Positions 20,543 through 30,231 of a stretch of DNA of 57,162 nucleotides are shown here, one piece after another; within the stretch, counting starts at the first letter, position 1; every line of letters begins with the position of its first letter. The notes under the pieces were generated by a model. That model saw only the letters and a list, made by a program, of their open reading frames with translations. It had not been told where the DNA came from and did not search any database. Source of the stretch: an uncultured Nitrososphaerota archaeon (GTDB lineage: Archaea; Thermoproteota; Methanomethylicia; Nezhaarchaeales; WYZ-LMO8); the NCBI GenBank assembly GCA_964562935.1, contig CAZLVJ010000001.1:33859-91020 (forward strand), in the 5' to 3' direction. The translations under genes were made by a program, and so were the position numbers.

Positions 20543-21400
20543 GTGCTTAAGAAATTGGGCAAAACATGCGTGATCGACGCTTTCAAGCATCGCGAGCCTC
20601 ACGTCATAGCTTGCTATGTATTGCAGTACGAAAAGCCCGTGCTTATAGATCCTGGACCTCAAAGCGGGGTACATGACGTCGTAGAGGAGTTAAAGAGGTT
20701 AAAGGTCGAACCAGAAGTGATAGCACTCACTCATGTGCACTTGGACCACGCGGGCGGGGCTGCTACACTAGCTAAGTACCTCTCAGCGAAGGTAGTAGTC
20801 CATCCAAGAGGGGCAAAACATGTAGTCAATCCGACGAGGCTTTGGGAAGCATCAAGAGGAGTCCTGAGGGAGCTGGCTGACGTCTTCGGCAAGCCTGATT
20901 CTCTAGAAGAGGATAGAGTCATGATTACAGAGGATTGTCAGGAGCTTGACTTAGGTGAAGACGAGCTCGTGGTCCTCCACGCGCCAGGACATGCCCCTCA
21001 CATGCAAGTTTACTACTTGAAAGATGCCAAAGTGCTATTTCCAGCAGATGCCGTAGGGATAGGCTTTGACGGACATTTAATTCCCTCGACACCGCCGCCA
21101 TTTGATTACGACAAGGCGCTAAGAACTCTCGAGAGGTTAAGAAAGCTCAAAGCAGAGTCCGTAGCACTCACCCACTTCGGCTTGACCGACAAGGAGGCCA
21201 TAGAGAGAGCGAAGGACAAGATAAAAGAATGGTACGAAATGGCGGCATCCTGTCGCGACGTCGATGAGCTGATTGAAAGGTTATTGAGAAGCGACGAGGA
21301 CGTGAATGCCCTATATAAGAGGTACCCCGAGGGCTCAGTGCTCATAAACTTCTTTAGAGCCTCGGTCCAGGGCATTTTTAAATGCGTGAAGGGAGTTTGA
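20543..21400 (+). CDS. MBL-fold metallo-hydrolase
   Basis: THVHLDHAGG (HxHxDH) motif plus a downstream His (HAPGHAPH). GTG start. Confidence 0.85.
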   Translation: MLKKLGKTCVIDAFKHREPHVIACYVLQYEKPVLIDPGPQSGVHDVVEELKRLKVEPEVIALTHVHLDHAGGAATLAKYLSAKVVVHPRGAKHVVNPTRLWEASRGVLRELADVFGKPDSLEEDRVMITEDCQELDLGEDELVVLHAPGHAPHMQVYYLKDAKVLFPADAVGIGFDGHLIPSTPPPFDYDKALRTLERLRKLKAESVALTHFGLTDKEAIERAKDKIKEWYEMAASCRDVDELIERLLRSDEDVNALYKRYPEGSVLINFFRASVQGIFKCVKGV

Positions 21401-21546
21401 GCTTCTGAGCGCTTACTCACTGGTGCGTATGCTCTCCCAAGGATAAACCAATTTGTCTTAAAGCTGATTTTTTTTACGCAGCAATTCATTACTAGCACAG
21501 GTACGTTCGATATCGACTGACCGGGATTGAATCGAGGTAGGAGATC

Positions 21547-22671
21547 GTGGTTACGTCGGAGGTAGAGAGGCTCAAGGAATTGTCATTTGAGATAGGGCCT
21601 ATTAGACCTCCATCTGAAGGCGGCAGCTCCTCGCTCCTCATAAGGGTTTCTAGGAATTGTCCTTGGAGCATGTGCAAGTTCTGCTACGGCACTCCATACA
21701 ATAGGGAGAAGTTCCAGCTAAGGACCGTGGAAGAAGTCAAGAAGGACATAGATAGCGCTAAGGAGATTAGCGAGCTATTGAAGGCCTTGGCGAAAAAGTC
21801 CGGAGGGTTGTACTGGCTCTCGAAGATTATAAACCCTGAGTTCTTATACGGTAAGGACCTCTCAGAGCTCGATAAGGAGGAGCTCAAGAATTTCGAGAGC
21901 ATAGTGAATGTGTACAATTGGCTTCGTGCTGGGGCGAGGACCGCCTTCCTCCAAGACGCCGATAGCATGATACTCCCGACTAGCAAGTTGATCGAGGTAG
22001 TGTCCTACCTCAAGCAAGCCTTTCCGAGCTTGGAGAGGATCACTTGCTACGCAAGGGCGAAAAGCCTTGTGAGAAAGACGCTAGAGGAGTTGAAAGAGTT
22101 GCGCAAAGCTGGTTTGTCGAGACTCCACGTGGGCTTGGAATCGGGGGACGACTATGTACTGAAATACGTTAACAAAGGGGTGACGAGCCAAGAGCTCATA
22201 TCGGCTGGCAAAAAGGCCAAGGAGGCTGGCTTCGAGCTGTCGCTCTACTGGATGCCCGGGCTTGGCGGGAAGTCCATGACGAGGCAACACGCCGTGAATA
22301 CCGCCAAGGTCCTAAACGAGATAAACCCTGACTTCGTTAGGACGAGGAGGTTCGTCCCCCGCAAGGGAACTCCGCTCTACGAGGAGTGGAAGAGAGGAGC
22401 TTTCGAGTTGCTATCGCCTCACGAGGAGCTTAGGGAAATAAGGATGATGGTAGAACGCTTGGAGATATCGGGAAGGCTCTGCTTTGACCACTTCATTAAC
22501 CCGGCTTACAAGACCGTTTTGGGCATCGTTTGGCTCTTCAAACAGGACTATGATGGATATAAAATGCCGGAAGAAAGGGTCAAGGTTCTAGAGATAATAG
22601 ATAGTGGATTGAAGATTGACGAATCGTTGTACGTGAGGGTGGAGGAGTTGAGCGAGTTATCAGCAATTTAA
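21547..22671 (+). CDS. radical SAM protein with CX4CX2C cluster motif
   Basis: IRVSRNCPWSMCKFCYG early in the protein, then a TIM-barrel-like pattern (RLHVGLESGDD). GTG start with AGGAGA upstream. Confidence 0.75.
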   Translation: MVTSEVERLKELSFEIGPIRPPSEGGSSSLLIRVSRNCPWSMCKFCYGTPYNREKFQLRTVEEVKKDIDSAKEISELLKALAKKSGGLYWLSKIINPEFLYGKDLSELDKEELKNFESIVNVYNWLRAGARTAFLQDADSMILPTSKLIEVVSYLKQAFPSLERITCYARAKSLVRKTLEELKELRKAGLSRLHVGLESGDDYVLKYVNKGVTSQELISAGKKAKEAGFELSLYWMPGLGGKSMTRQHAVNTAKVLNEINPDFVRTRRFVPRKGTPLYEEWKRGAFELLSPHEELREIRMMVERLEISGRLCFDHFINPAYKTVLGIVWLFKQDYDGYKMPEERVKVLEIIDSGLKIDESLYVRVEELSELSAI

Positions 22672-22910
22672 GAGGCGTAATGTTCATCCTCTCGACAAGC
22701 CCTCAAAAAGCCTTCTGCAAGCCATTAAGGGGAAAGTCGTCAATAACCGCGCGCAGTTTGTTAACGGGCTTAAGGCTTGAGACGCGTGGAAATAACGTTA
22801 AGATTTTTAAGGGTCTTCGGTACCAAGAGAACTCGCCACACATACCCCCTCAAGTGAAGCCTGAGGAATGTCCTTGACCCATCAGATGATGACGTCATCG
22901 GGGGATTTGT

Positions 22911-23636
22911 ATGGTCGACGAAAAACCCTCAGTCTTAGTGATAATAGGATCTCCGAGGAAGTACGGGTCCTCAACACGATTAGCGCACGTCGCACTAAAA
23001 GGAGTGGAAGACGCTGGCGGCAGAGCTGAAATGATACATCTCTACGACTACGACATCAAGCCCTGCGTTGGCTGTGCATCAGACAACGTTAAGTATTGCA
23101 GGTTTCCTTGTGTTGTCGATGACGATGACTTCAACGAGATAGGCGAGAAGATCATTGGGTCCGATGGCATCATACTAGTAACGCCCGTGTACTGGTACGC
23201 CCCTTCAGGCTTACTGAAGAACTTTATCGATAGACTCACGAGCATGGAGAACATGGTCTTTCACGGGGGTAGGAGCTTGCTCGAAGGAAAAGCCGTCGGC
23301 TTCATAGCAACGGGCCTCGACGCTGGCACTTCAATGACCATCGCCTACTTGATGTTCGTATTAAATAGCATGGGGGCAGTGATAGCTCCATGGGGCATGG
23401 CCTACAGCCACATGGAGGATGTGACAAAGGACGAAAAGGCTCTGCGTGATGCATACAACGTTGGCTACCTCGTAGTTGAGACAATAAAGGCCTTAAAGAG
23501 TTACGACAAACATATAGGCTATGACGAGGACGTCAACGTCGAAGAGCTTGTGAAAATAGCTGACCACGTCGTCAACAACGACGACAAAATGAGGAGGCTT
23601 GAGGAGTTAGCGAAATTGGTCGCCCTAAAAACTTAG
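22911..23636 (+). CDS. flavodoxin-like NAD(P)H-dependent FMN reductase / iron-sulfur flavoprotein-like
   Basis: VIIGSPRKYGSST N-terminus, Cys cluster CVGCASDNVKYCRFPC, and VTPVYWYAPSGLLKNFIDR. Confidence 0.75.
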   Translation: MVDEKPSVLVIIGSPRKYGSSTRLAHVALKGVEDAGGRAEMIHLYDYDIKPCVGCASDNVKYCRFPCVVDDDDFNEIGEKIIGSDGIILVTPVYWYAPSGLLKNFIDRLTSMENMVFHGGRSLLEGKAVGFIATGLDAGTSMTIAYLMFVLNSMGAVIAPWGMAYSHMEDVTKDEKALRDAYNVGYLVVETIKALKSYDKHIGYDEDVNVEELVKIADHVVNNDDKMRRLEELAKLVALKT

Positions 23637-23707
23637 CCCATGAGTGTTGTTCATTTCAACAAAGGGTCCGTGGAAGGAGGCCATAGAAGCATGAAGATGA
23701 GGCTTAC

Positions 23708-23755
23708 AAGTAGTTACTTGGACCTTGGTTGTTATCAAAGTCCAAGTAACTACTT
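23708..23755. repeat. perfect 16-bp inverted repeat (hairpin) with 16-nt loop
   Basis: AAGTAGTTACTTGGAC (23708-23723) is the exact reverse complement of 23740-23755. Lies 72 nt downstream of the flavoprotein stop. Confidence 0.9.
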
Positions 23756-24190
23756 TGAGGTTAAATAAACCCTCTTTAAACCCTCTCTATTGACGTGAAG
23801 AGTCAAGGTTTTGCGTCGATCATTTAAACTTAATAGCGACAACTACGGCGTGTAAGGTGCAGAGAGCAAGAGGCTTTCTCCCAATGGCTTCCCGACGATC
23901 TCGAACTTATAAGCTCTAAACAAAACTGGATCCTTCTAGCTTCACACTTCTTTTCTTTAAACGCGAATCCGAGACCTCTTTGTCCCCCCTTGACCTCCTA
24001 AATCCAAGATGCAAAGGGATCACTAGAAGGCCTCATATTTATTAAACGCTATACGAGCTTTAAGAGGCTCTTTGCCGCCTTTCCCAGCATTATCCAGTAA
24101 AGTCTCTTGACGTTGTTTACTAAGCACATGACGTTGCACGCCGAAGTTGGGCACGTCCAGTTACTTGAAGGTCCCTCGGAAGGAGGTTGG

Positions 24191-24902
24191 CTACTCCCCT
24201 AAGAGCTTCTTCTTTGCCCTCTCAAATTCCTCACTCGTTATCACTCCTTCGTCTAAGAGCCTCTTGAGCTTAATAATCTCCTCGGCTATTGACGCCCTTG
24301 GAGTAGGGGACGTGTAAGGTACTGCCTTCTCAGCCATTTTTTCTACGGCGCTTGCTATTTTCTGTTGCTGAAACACCTCTCTCCATGCGATTAGCTTATT
24401 CACCACTACTTCCCTTACATTTTCTGGGAAGCGCACGTCCAAGAACGAGTTGTGTGCACCTGTGATGAGTGTGGGTGCGGCGCCGCCAGCACCAACACCT
24501 CGCCGTCTAGCACCTACCCCGACGTAGCCCACCTCTAGCCCAGTAGTGGTCACGAACACCACACTGCCGCACTTAAACGCTTTTGCTATAATCCCTGCCT
24601 CACGTGTACGTCCTGTATTTTGTCGAAGGTTATCTCTCTTTGATAAGTTCCGAAGATCCAAGACCTGGTTATGAGCACGCTGTTCTCCTTGACGTGGTAA
24701 GTGTGGGCCCACTTCCAATTAAGTAAAATGCTATGAAAACCCACGCTATTAGCGTGTAGGCCGCCAAGAGGACTAAAAGGACGTCGGGAGCCCAAAATAG
24801 GAGCAACGTCAAGATGAACGCTATCACGAAATAAATTATTGCAGCCTTAACGATGGTTTTCCTTATATAGGGTTTGCCAGACCAAAGAACGTTGCTTGAC
24901 AC
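24191..24902 (-). pseudogene. bPH_2 (DUF304/YdbT-like) membrane protein with C-terminal SHOCT domain, disrupted by two frameshifts
   Basis: One continuous homologous protein is spread over three frames. Part 1 is 24902..about 24720 (two TM helices). Part 2 is about 24720..24596 (HTYHVKENSVLITRSWIFGTYQREITFDKIQDVHVRQG). Part 3 is about 24595..24191, ending EEIIKLKRLLDEGVITSEEFERAKKKLL (SHOCT). Both switches occur at short homopolymer runs. Confidence 0.7.
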
Positions 24903-25664
24903 ATCCTTCGAAGACGTGAGGCCTCACCGCCTCGGTTACTCTATTCCTCCTTCCCATAGAGCAGTAGATATACGTAGCGGTACTCACCGCAAAAGGCCAA
25001 AGGTTTGGAAAGACATCGCAGTCCGTTTTATGTTATAACACCCTGTCTCGATTTTAGATCAGGCGCTTTTCAAGAGAGTTTCATTTTGGCAAATGATCCA
25101 ATATCACAGAGTTGGCAACATGCAGTACCTCCTTGTGATATTGAGTAATTCAAGAACTCACTTGACGCAACTTGTCGTTGAGCCTTATTGGCGTTCCTAG
25201 CGCTGTCTCATTAAGATCCCATATGTAATGATGGCTTGCTTTCGTCTTAAAGACTATGTGGCAATGATTAGGGCATGGAGGACAAAGACGTCAGGATTCT
25301 TAGTTCTCCTGACAATAATGTCACTATCGGAACTCGCCCTCGATGCAGCCAAAGAACTAGGTCCATCCTTGTCAACGAATTAAAGAATTGCCGTTAAGCT
25401 CTTTAAAGCAGAGCTCATAGCGATAGGGTTTCTCTCAACCCTTCATCGTGAGCAACTGTCGATCCGGCCCTGAAGCTACTATGTTAGGCCTGCTACGTAT
25501 CACACCACCTTTAGCGAGGCCCTCGCAAAGTCATCTCGGCCCTCAGGCTCTTTGCGATTCTACATGCCCTTACCGTCGTTCTTTAATGTGCAGGAAAACT
25601 TTTAGACGATTTCGTAACTATAATTATTCGAGATAATTTTGAAGGGCCACAAGGGTGAAACGTT

Positions 25665-25772
25665 ATGTCGAGGGTTAGTAAGAGAGAGGAGGAAGAAGAC
25701 GAGGTTTTGAAGGAGTGGAAGAAGAAAATTATGAAGGAGGCCAAGAGATTTGACGAATTAAAAAAGTCCTGA
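25665..25772 (+). CDS. possible 35-aa highly charged small protein
   Basis: ATG preceded by GGGTGA 7 nt upstream and by the TATA-like CTATAATTATT about 45 nt upstream. Translates to MSRVSKREEEEDEVLKEWKKKIMKEAKRFDELKKS. No homology recognised. Confidence 0.3.
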   Translation: MSRVSKREEEEDEVLKEWKKKIMKEAKRFDELKKS

Positions 25773-25959
25773 ATTTCTCATGGCACTATGTGCGATAAAT
25801 AGTCTACGACATTTTGCAACCTAACAACCTCGTTTGAAAGTCATTTTTAATGTCGCTCGTGAGAATCGCCTTCACCGAACTGGTCTCTACGAGGTACTCA
25901 AACGCCGCACGTCAAAACAACAAGTACAGTAAAACAACTGCTAAGTCTTGAAAGATTAT

Positions 25960-26295
25960 CTAAGACTCTGGTTCTACGACAACGGCCGTACCGTAAGCCA
26001 CTACTTCGGCCGCGCCACTCATTACAGCCGAGGTCGTGAATCTAACACCTATGACGGCGTTAGCGCCCAAGCCCTTGGCCTTCTCGACCATCCTCTTTAC
26101 TGCCTCATCCCTCGATTGGGCTAATAGCTCTGTGTACTCCTTGATCTCGCCGCCAACTATGTTCCTCAAGCCTGCTAAGATGTCGCGCCCGAGGTGCCTC
26201 GCTCTTACAACGCTCCCGCTCACCATCCCCAGTACCTTCTTGATCCTGTAACCAGGCAAGTACTCGGTAGTCGTCACTACGAAATCACTTTTCAT
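25960..26295 (-). CDS. YbjQ/UPF0145 family protein
   Basis: 111 aa. TTTEYLPGYRI..LG.V.G..VRAR....D...GLRNIVGGE...Y..L is the characteristic YbjQ pattern. Confidence 0.85.
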   Translation of the reverse strand: MKSDFVVTTTEYLPGYRIKKVLGMVSGSVVRARHLGRDILAGLRNIVGGEIKEYTELLAQSRDEAVKRMVEKAKGLGANAVIGVRFTTSAVMSGAAEVVAYGTAVVVEPES

Positions 26296-26352
26296 ACGCT
26301 TTCCACCTCTCCGTCTACATCGTCTGAGTTATAGATATCCTTTTCTATCAAT

Positions 26353-27009
26353 TCACTGAGGTCGCAATAGCCTGCACGTATAGGCGTAGACGGGCATCAC
26401 CATGGCGAGAACGATTAAGGCAAGCGACCCCTCTATAATCCACGGACCCTCCAATAGCATGGCGATGAAAGTCGCCGCCGTGTTCAGGAGGAAGTGGAGC
26501 AATATGGTCGTTGGGAGCAACAGTGCCAAGGGCCTCCCGATGACAGTAAGCGATATCATCAACGTCATGGCTAAGTGGAAGGCTGTAGCTATGTTCCTCT
26601 CCACAGCTCCTGGGACGAAAACGGTCCAGTCGTAGCCAGTCATGGCTGCTGCGAAGGGGACTTGAAGTGCGTAGATCATCAGCGCTTCCGTCAGGCCCCA
26701 CCCTAAACCGATAGAGGCCGAGGAGCGCAAGTTCTTTACAGTGTGAGTCCTGCTCCTCACGACGAAATATCTAGCCGTCTCCTCGAAAAGACCAGCCATC
26801 AGCGACGCGTAGAAGGTCCTCACGTAGATTTCGAGCCCTCGTGCGAGGATTAAAAGGGGCAATCTAGCCAGCAGAGCAACAAACCAGCCAGCTCCTCCGA
26901 GTAAAGCGTTTATCCAAAGGCTTGAGCTCCTTCTTGATATTGCTATTAGCGCGACGAGCCCTGGACCAAGTGCTAAAATTATGGGCAAGGCTAAGGCGGG
27001 ATCAGGCAA
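26353..27009 (-). CDS. polytopic membrane protein, YhfC/CPBP-like intramembrane protease family (tentative)
   Basis: About 7 TM helices. EETARY (EExxR-type) motif and conserved His residues in later helices (FHLAM, LHFLLN). Confidence 0.45.
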   Translation of the reverse strand: MPDPALALPIILALGPGLVALIAISRRSSSLWINALLGGAGWFVALLARLPLLILARGLEIYVRTFYASLMAGLFEETARYFVVRSRTHTVKNLRSSASIGLGWGLTEALMIYALQVPFAAAMTGYDWTVFVPGAVERNIATAFHLAMTLMISLTVIGRPLALLLPTTILLHFLLNTAATFIAMLLEGPWIIEGSLALIVLAMVMPVYAYTCRLLRPQ

Positions 27010-27106
27010 CCCTGCTACCTCTCAAACGCTGGTAGACCTTCTTTGATCTCTGATCTTTAGGAAATATTTTTTGCGACCTTAAACCTCCTTCTCTTGGGGC
27101 GAGTAA

Positions 27107-27643
27107 ATGGTCGAGAACAGGTACGTCTTGTACAGCTTAACTGCCGGGACCATCGCCGGAGCCTTCTCGTCGGTGACGACGACCTTAATGCTTGGCGGCG
27201 CGATCGAGGACCTCATGCGCGAGCTGGTGCATCAGCAACTGTTATGGAGCGGCATACCTCAAGAGAAAATCCCCGAGATAGTTGCCAAAGCCGTAGAGTC
27301 CTTGAAGTGGACTTACTGGCTCATACCCCTAGGACCCATAATAAACATGTTGTTCCTCGGCGCTTTGCTCGGCTTGCTCTTGGACTTCTTAGTCAAGAAG
27401 CTTAGGAGACAGTACGTTGCCTCACTGCTGACCGGAACTGCCTTCGTAGTGTTGTTTCAATTGTTGCCACTACTATTGTTGGAAGCGGTCTACGGCTCGT
27501 GGTTCACCGAGCTCTTAAACAAGTATGTGGGGATGCCTCTAATGATCGCACCATCTGTGCTGTACACCGCGTTGCTAACGATCTTCAGCTCCGTTAAAGG
27601 TCCGTGGACTAGATGGGGCGAGGCAAAGCCGAAGATGTATTAA
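27107..27643 (+). CDS. hypothetical membrane protein (178 aa)
   Basis: ATG ORF with 4-5 hydrophobic helices. The overlapping frame 27094..27405 is Arg-rich and implausible. Confidence 0.55.
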   Translation: MVENRYVLYSLTAGTIAGAFSSVTTTLMLGGAIEDLMRELVHQQLLWSGIPQEKIPEIVAKAVESLKWTYWLIPLGPIINMLFLGALLGLLLDFLVKKLRRQYVASLLTGTAFVVLFQLLPLLLLEAVYGSWFTELLNKYVGMPLMIAPSVLYTALLTIFSSVKGPWTRWGEAKPKMY

Positions 27644-27790
27644 CGATGTAACAGGAGAAGCTGAGTTCGACTAAGTGACTTAGGAACCCCTTGATCGCTG
27701 CGAGCTAGAGAAGCTTCAGGTAAAGACGTCGACAAGACCACGTAGCGGTCCCCTATAATTCTCCACACATCTAATCGAGCCCGCTTTAGC

Positions 27791-28120
27791 TTATTTATCA
27801 TTCGCGTTAGCATGAACGTTAATGCTCTGCCGAAATGCTAGATCCTTTGTGCGGCCTTCTATAGCGCTCCTCGAAGTCCTCTCTAAGCCCCGTTGCTCTG
27901 AGGCTAACCCCTTTTCTTCAATGCCTAGCTTGATAGCTTTCAATGCAAGTTTAGAGCTTAGCGACGTCGTGACATCAGCGCCTAGCCTCCAGGAGTTGAA
28001 TTTCACGTTCCCGCCACTTGCAACTTTGCAATCGATGCACTCGTTCCAGAAGCCGTTGCCATCATCTAAGAGACCTATCTGGATCATAATAATTCTCAAG
28101 AACTCCGAGAAGCCTGCCAT
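27791..28120 (-). CDS. hypothetical protein (109 aa), possibly a gene fragment
   Basis: Minus-strand composition is more protein-like than the antisense 27822..28148 ORF. No motif recognised. Confidence 0.3.
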   Translation of the reverse strand: MAGFSEFLRIIMIQIGLLDDGNGFWNECIDCKVASGGNVKFNSWRLGADVTTSLSSKLALKAIKLGIEEKGLASEQRGLERTSRSAIEGRTKDLAFRQSINVHANANDK

Positions 28121-28227
28121 CGCTTTAAGTAAAGACCTTGCCCTTTAGGGTGAAGCCGTCAGCATGCAAAGTCGAAGGAAACAGATGCCGTCTTAAATAT
28201 TGTCACGCAAAAATTGGGTGATAATAG

Positions 28228-28773
28228 TCATCGCGATTTCTCGTTGGTAAGGACCTCCTTAATTTTCATTAAGATGGACTTGTGGCGCTCTTCGTCTTCT
28301 GCTATTAATTCAAGCGTAGCTTTGTAAAGCTCTAGGCCCCTCTCACTCTTACGTGACGCTAGTTGCAGTATCCTTGAGTTTATTAACATCAAGTACTCCT
28401 CGCCGGCGAAGCCCTCGACGTCCTCCATACTCTCGATGACTGACAGCAACTCTTCAGGCCTTATCTTCTCTTTACGAAAAGCCATGACCGTCGCGCTTTC
28501 GACGATTTTTCTCCATACCTCGCCCATCTGCTCACGACATGCCTCCAAGTCTACTTTGGCCTTAGTGGATAAGCTCTTGGCTATTTCTCTTAAGACCTTT
28601 GAGTGCTTGAAGCTATCATAAGCTATGGAGAGTAGCAGGGGTTTGACCTCTTTTTCGACGGTTAAGAGAGCCATGCGGCGATAGGCTCTCGCAACTGCGT
28701 CTTCGAGGATGCTACAACAATGCGCGTATCTAGCGAAGTCGTCTACGGTAAGGGGGTTTGACAACGGTCCCAC
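28228..28773 (-). CDS. ferritin-like / rubrerythrin-like four-helix-bundle protein (tentative)
   Basis: All-helical 181-aa protein with spaced E/H pairs (ILEDAV..., FKHSKVL, LIAEDEERH). GTG start. Confidence 0.4.
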   Translation of the reverse strand: MGPLSNPLTVDDFARYAHCCSILEDAVARAYRRMALLTVEKEVKPLLLSIAYDSFKHSKVLREIAKSLSTKAKVDLEACREQMGEVWRKIVESATVMAFRKEKIRPEELLSVIESMEDVEGFAGEEYLMLINSRILQLASRKSERGLELYKATLELIAEDEERHKSILMKIKEVLTNEKSR

Positions 28774-29023
28774 CTCGATAGAAATAGTTACTTGGAGGCC
28801 TTAAACTCTGCCTCTTCTAGCAGAGCCTCATAAGCACGCAATCGATGACCCGCTAAGGGAAAAGGTACTCGTCTACCGTCGTAAGCCCAAGGGCCTGGAG
28901 AATAAAGACGCTGACAAGCAAAGAGAAGAGAACAGTGGTTAGCACGCACTTTTATGGTGTGACACCGTTTAATCCAAGACGAAGAGGATAAATATCGTCC
29001 AGCTTACCTGTGATTCGAGCTCC

Positions 29024-29860
29024 ATGTGTTTAGACGCCATCACGGTCATGTTAACGTCTATGTTTGCTGGCTTCTTAGGCTCGCTCATTGGCTTGGGCGG
29101 CGGCACGATAGTTATTCCCATTCTGACCCTTCTAGGCGTCCCTCTTAAGCAGGCTATAGCGAACAGCATGATAACCCTCATAGCGACTTCTAGCGGCTCC
29201 GCATCGGCCTACGTCAGAGAGAGGCTTACCAACGTCAAAGCAGCTATGTACTTAGAAATATTCACGGTGATAGGAGCGATAGTCGGCGCAACCATAGCGC
29301 TTCTAGTGCCGAGCAGGTACCTATACTTCTTCTTCGCAGCCTTCCTCTCCAGCTCTTTTTACGGGATTAGAAGAAAGATGCTAGTGAAGACTCCTAACCA
29401 CGACGCGGCCCAAGATAGGTTTTCTAAGTGGCTAGAACTCGAGGGCTCTTACTACGATGAAAGCTTAGGCAGGGTCGTCAATTATAAGATCGTAAAGGCA
29501 CATGTTGGGGGCCCGGCTATGATCGTTGCTGGACTGGCTGCCGGGATGCTTGGGATAGGAGCTGGCGCCTTTAAGGTAGCGATACATGAGCTCATACTCA
29601 AGATGCCGCCTAAGGCGTCTAGCGCCACGAGCAACTTCATCATAGGCATGACAGCGCTAGCAGGCTCAACGGTGTTCATAGCTTCGGGGCTAGTAAACGT
29701 AGTCCTAGCGGGCTCGATAGCAGTAGGAGCTACGGTGGGCTCAATGATGGGATCAAGGCTTCTTCCGAAGATAAGCGACAAGACCATTAGGATCCTATTC
29801 CTATCAGTCTTAATCTACTTGATTTTACAGATGGTATACAAGGGGGTCACATCTCCTTGA
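29024..29860 (+). CDS. TauE/SafE (DUF81) sulfite/anion exporter family membrane protein
   Basis: GFLGSLIGLGGGTIVIPILTLLGVP N-terminal motif, repeated in the C-terminal half (GMLGIGAGAF). Confidence 0.8.
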   Translation: MCLDAITVMLTSMFAGFLGSLIGLGGGTIVIPILTLLGVPLKQAIANSMITLIATSSGSASAYVRERLTNVKAAMYLEIFTVIGAIVGATIALLVPSRYLYFFFAAFLSSSFYGIRRKMLVKTPNHDAAQDRFSKWLELEGSYYDESLGRVVNYKIVKAHVGGPAMIVAGLAAGMLGIGAGAFKVAIHELILKMPPKASSATSNFIIGMTALAGSTVFIASGLVNVVLAGSIAVGATVGSMMGSRLLPKISDKTIRILFLSVLIYLILQMVYKGVTSP

Positions 29861-30231
29861 AGAGGCCAGCCTTAGAGAAAATCATAAGCTACATACTGAT
29901 AGTAGGGGTAATGACTTCGCTAATAATGGAAGCGGTAGGCCTTGTATTGTATGCGATGGACAAAGGGACGACCGAAATAGACTTAAGCGATCCCGAGGCT
30001 TACATAAGCTCTCAAGACTTCTTCGCATACGTCATCGGCGTGGTGACATTAACTCTCAGTGACTTCAACTACGCCAGCGTGATGGCTCTTGGCTTGGCGC
30101 TTCTCATGCTCACGCCGTACCTTAGAGTCGTGGCATCTGTGATATACTTTGCTTTTTCCCGCAACTACAAGTACGTAGTGATAACGCTCATCGTCCTCGC
30201 CATGCTTACGGTGAGCCTCATAACTCATTAG
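29857..30231 (+). CDS. DUF1634-like small membrane protein (usual partner of DUF81)
   Basis: 124 aa with 3-4 TM helices. Its start overlaps the TauE stop by 4 nt, the typical pairing. Confidence 0.6.
   Translation: MKRPALEKIISYILIVGVMTSLIMEAVGLVLYAMDKGTTEIDLSDPEAYISSQDFFAYVIGVVTLTLSDFNYASVMALGLALLMLTPYLRVVASVIYFAFSRNYKYVVITLIVLAMLTVSLITH

Noticed and set aside
22884-22910. GATGATGA C-box-like sequence just upstream of the flavoprotein start
   Set aside because: No D', C' or D boxes follow at the required spacing, and it overlaps the ribosome-binding region of the gene.
24916-24927. 12-nt palindrome GTGAGGCCTCAC, present again at 30244..30255
   Set aside because: The core GAGGCCTC / CGAGGCCTCG is also frequent inside coding regions (for example 36356 and 38409) because GAG-GCC-TCG codons are common. 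Two intergenic copies are not enough to claim a motif.
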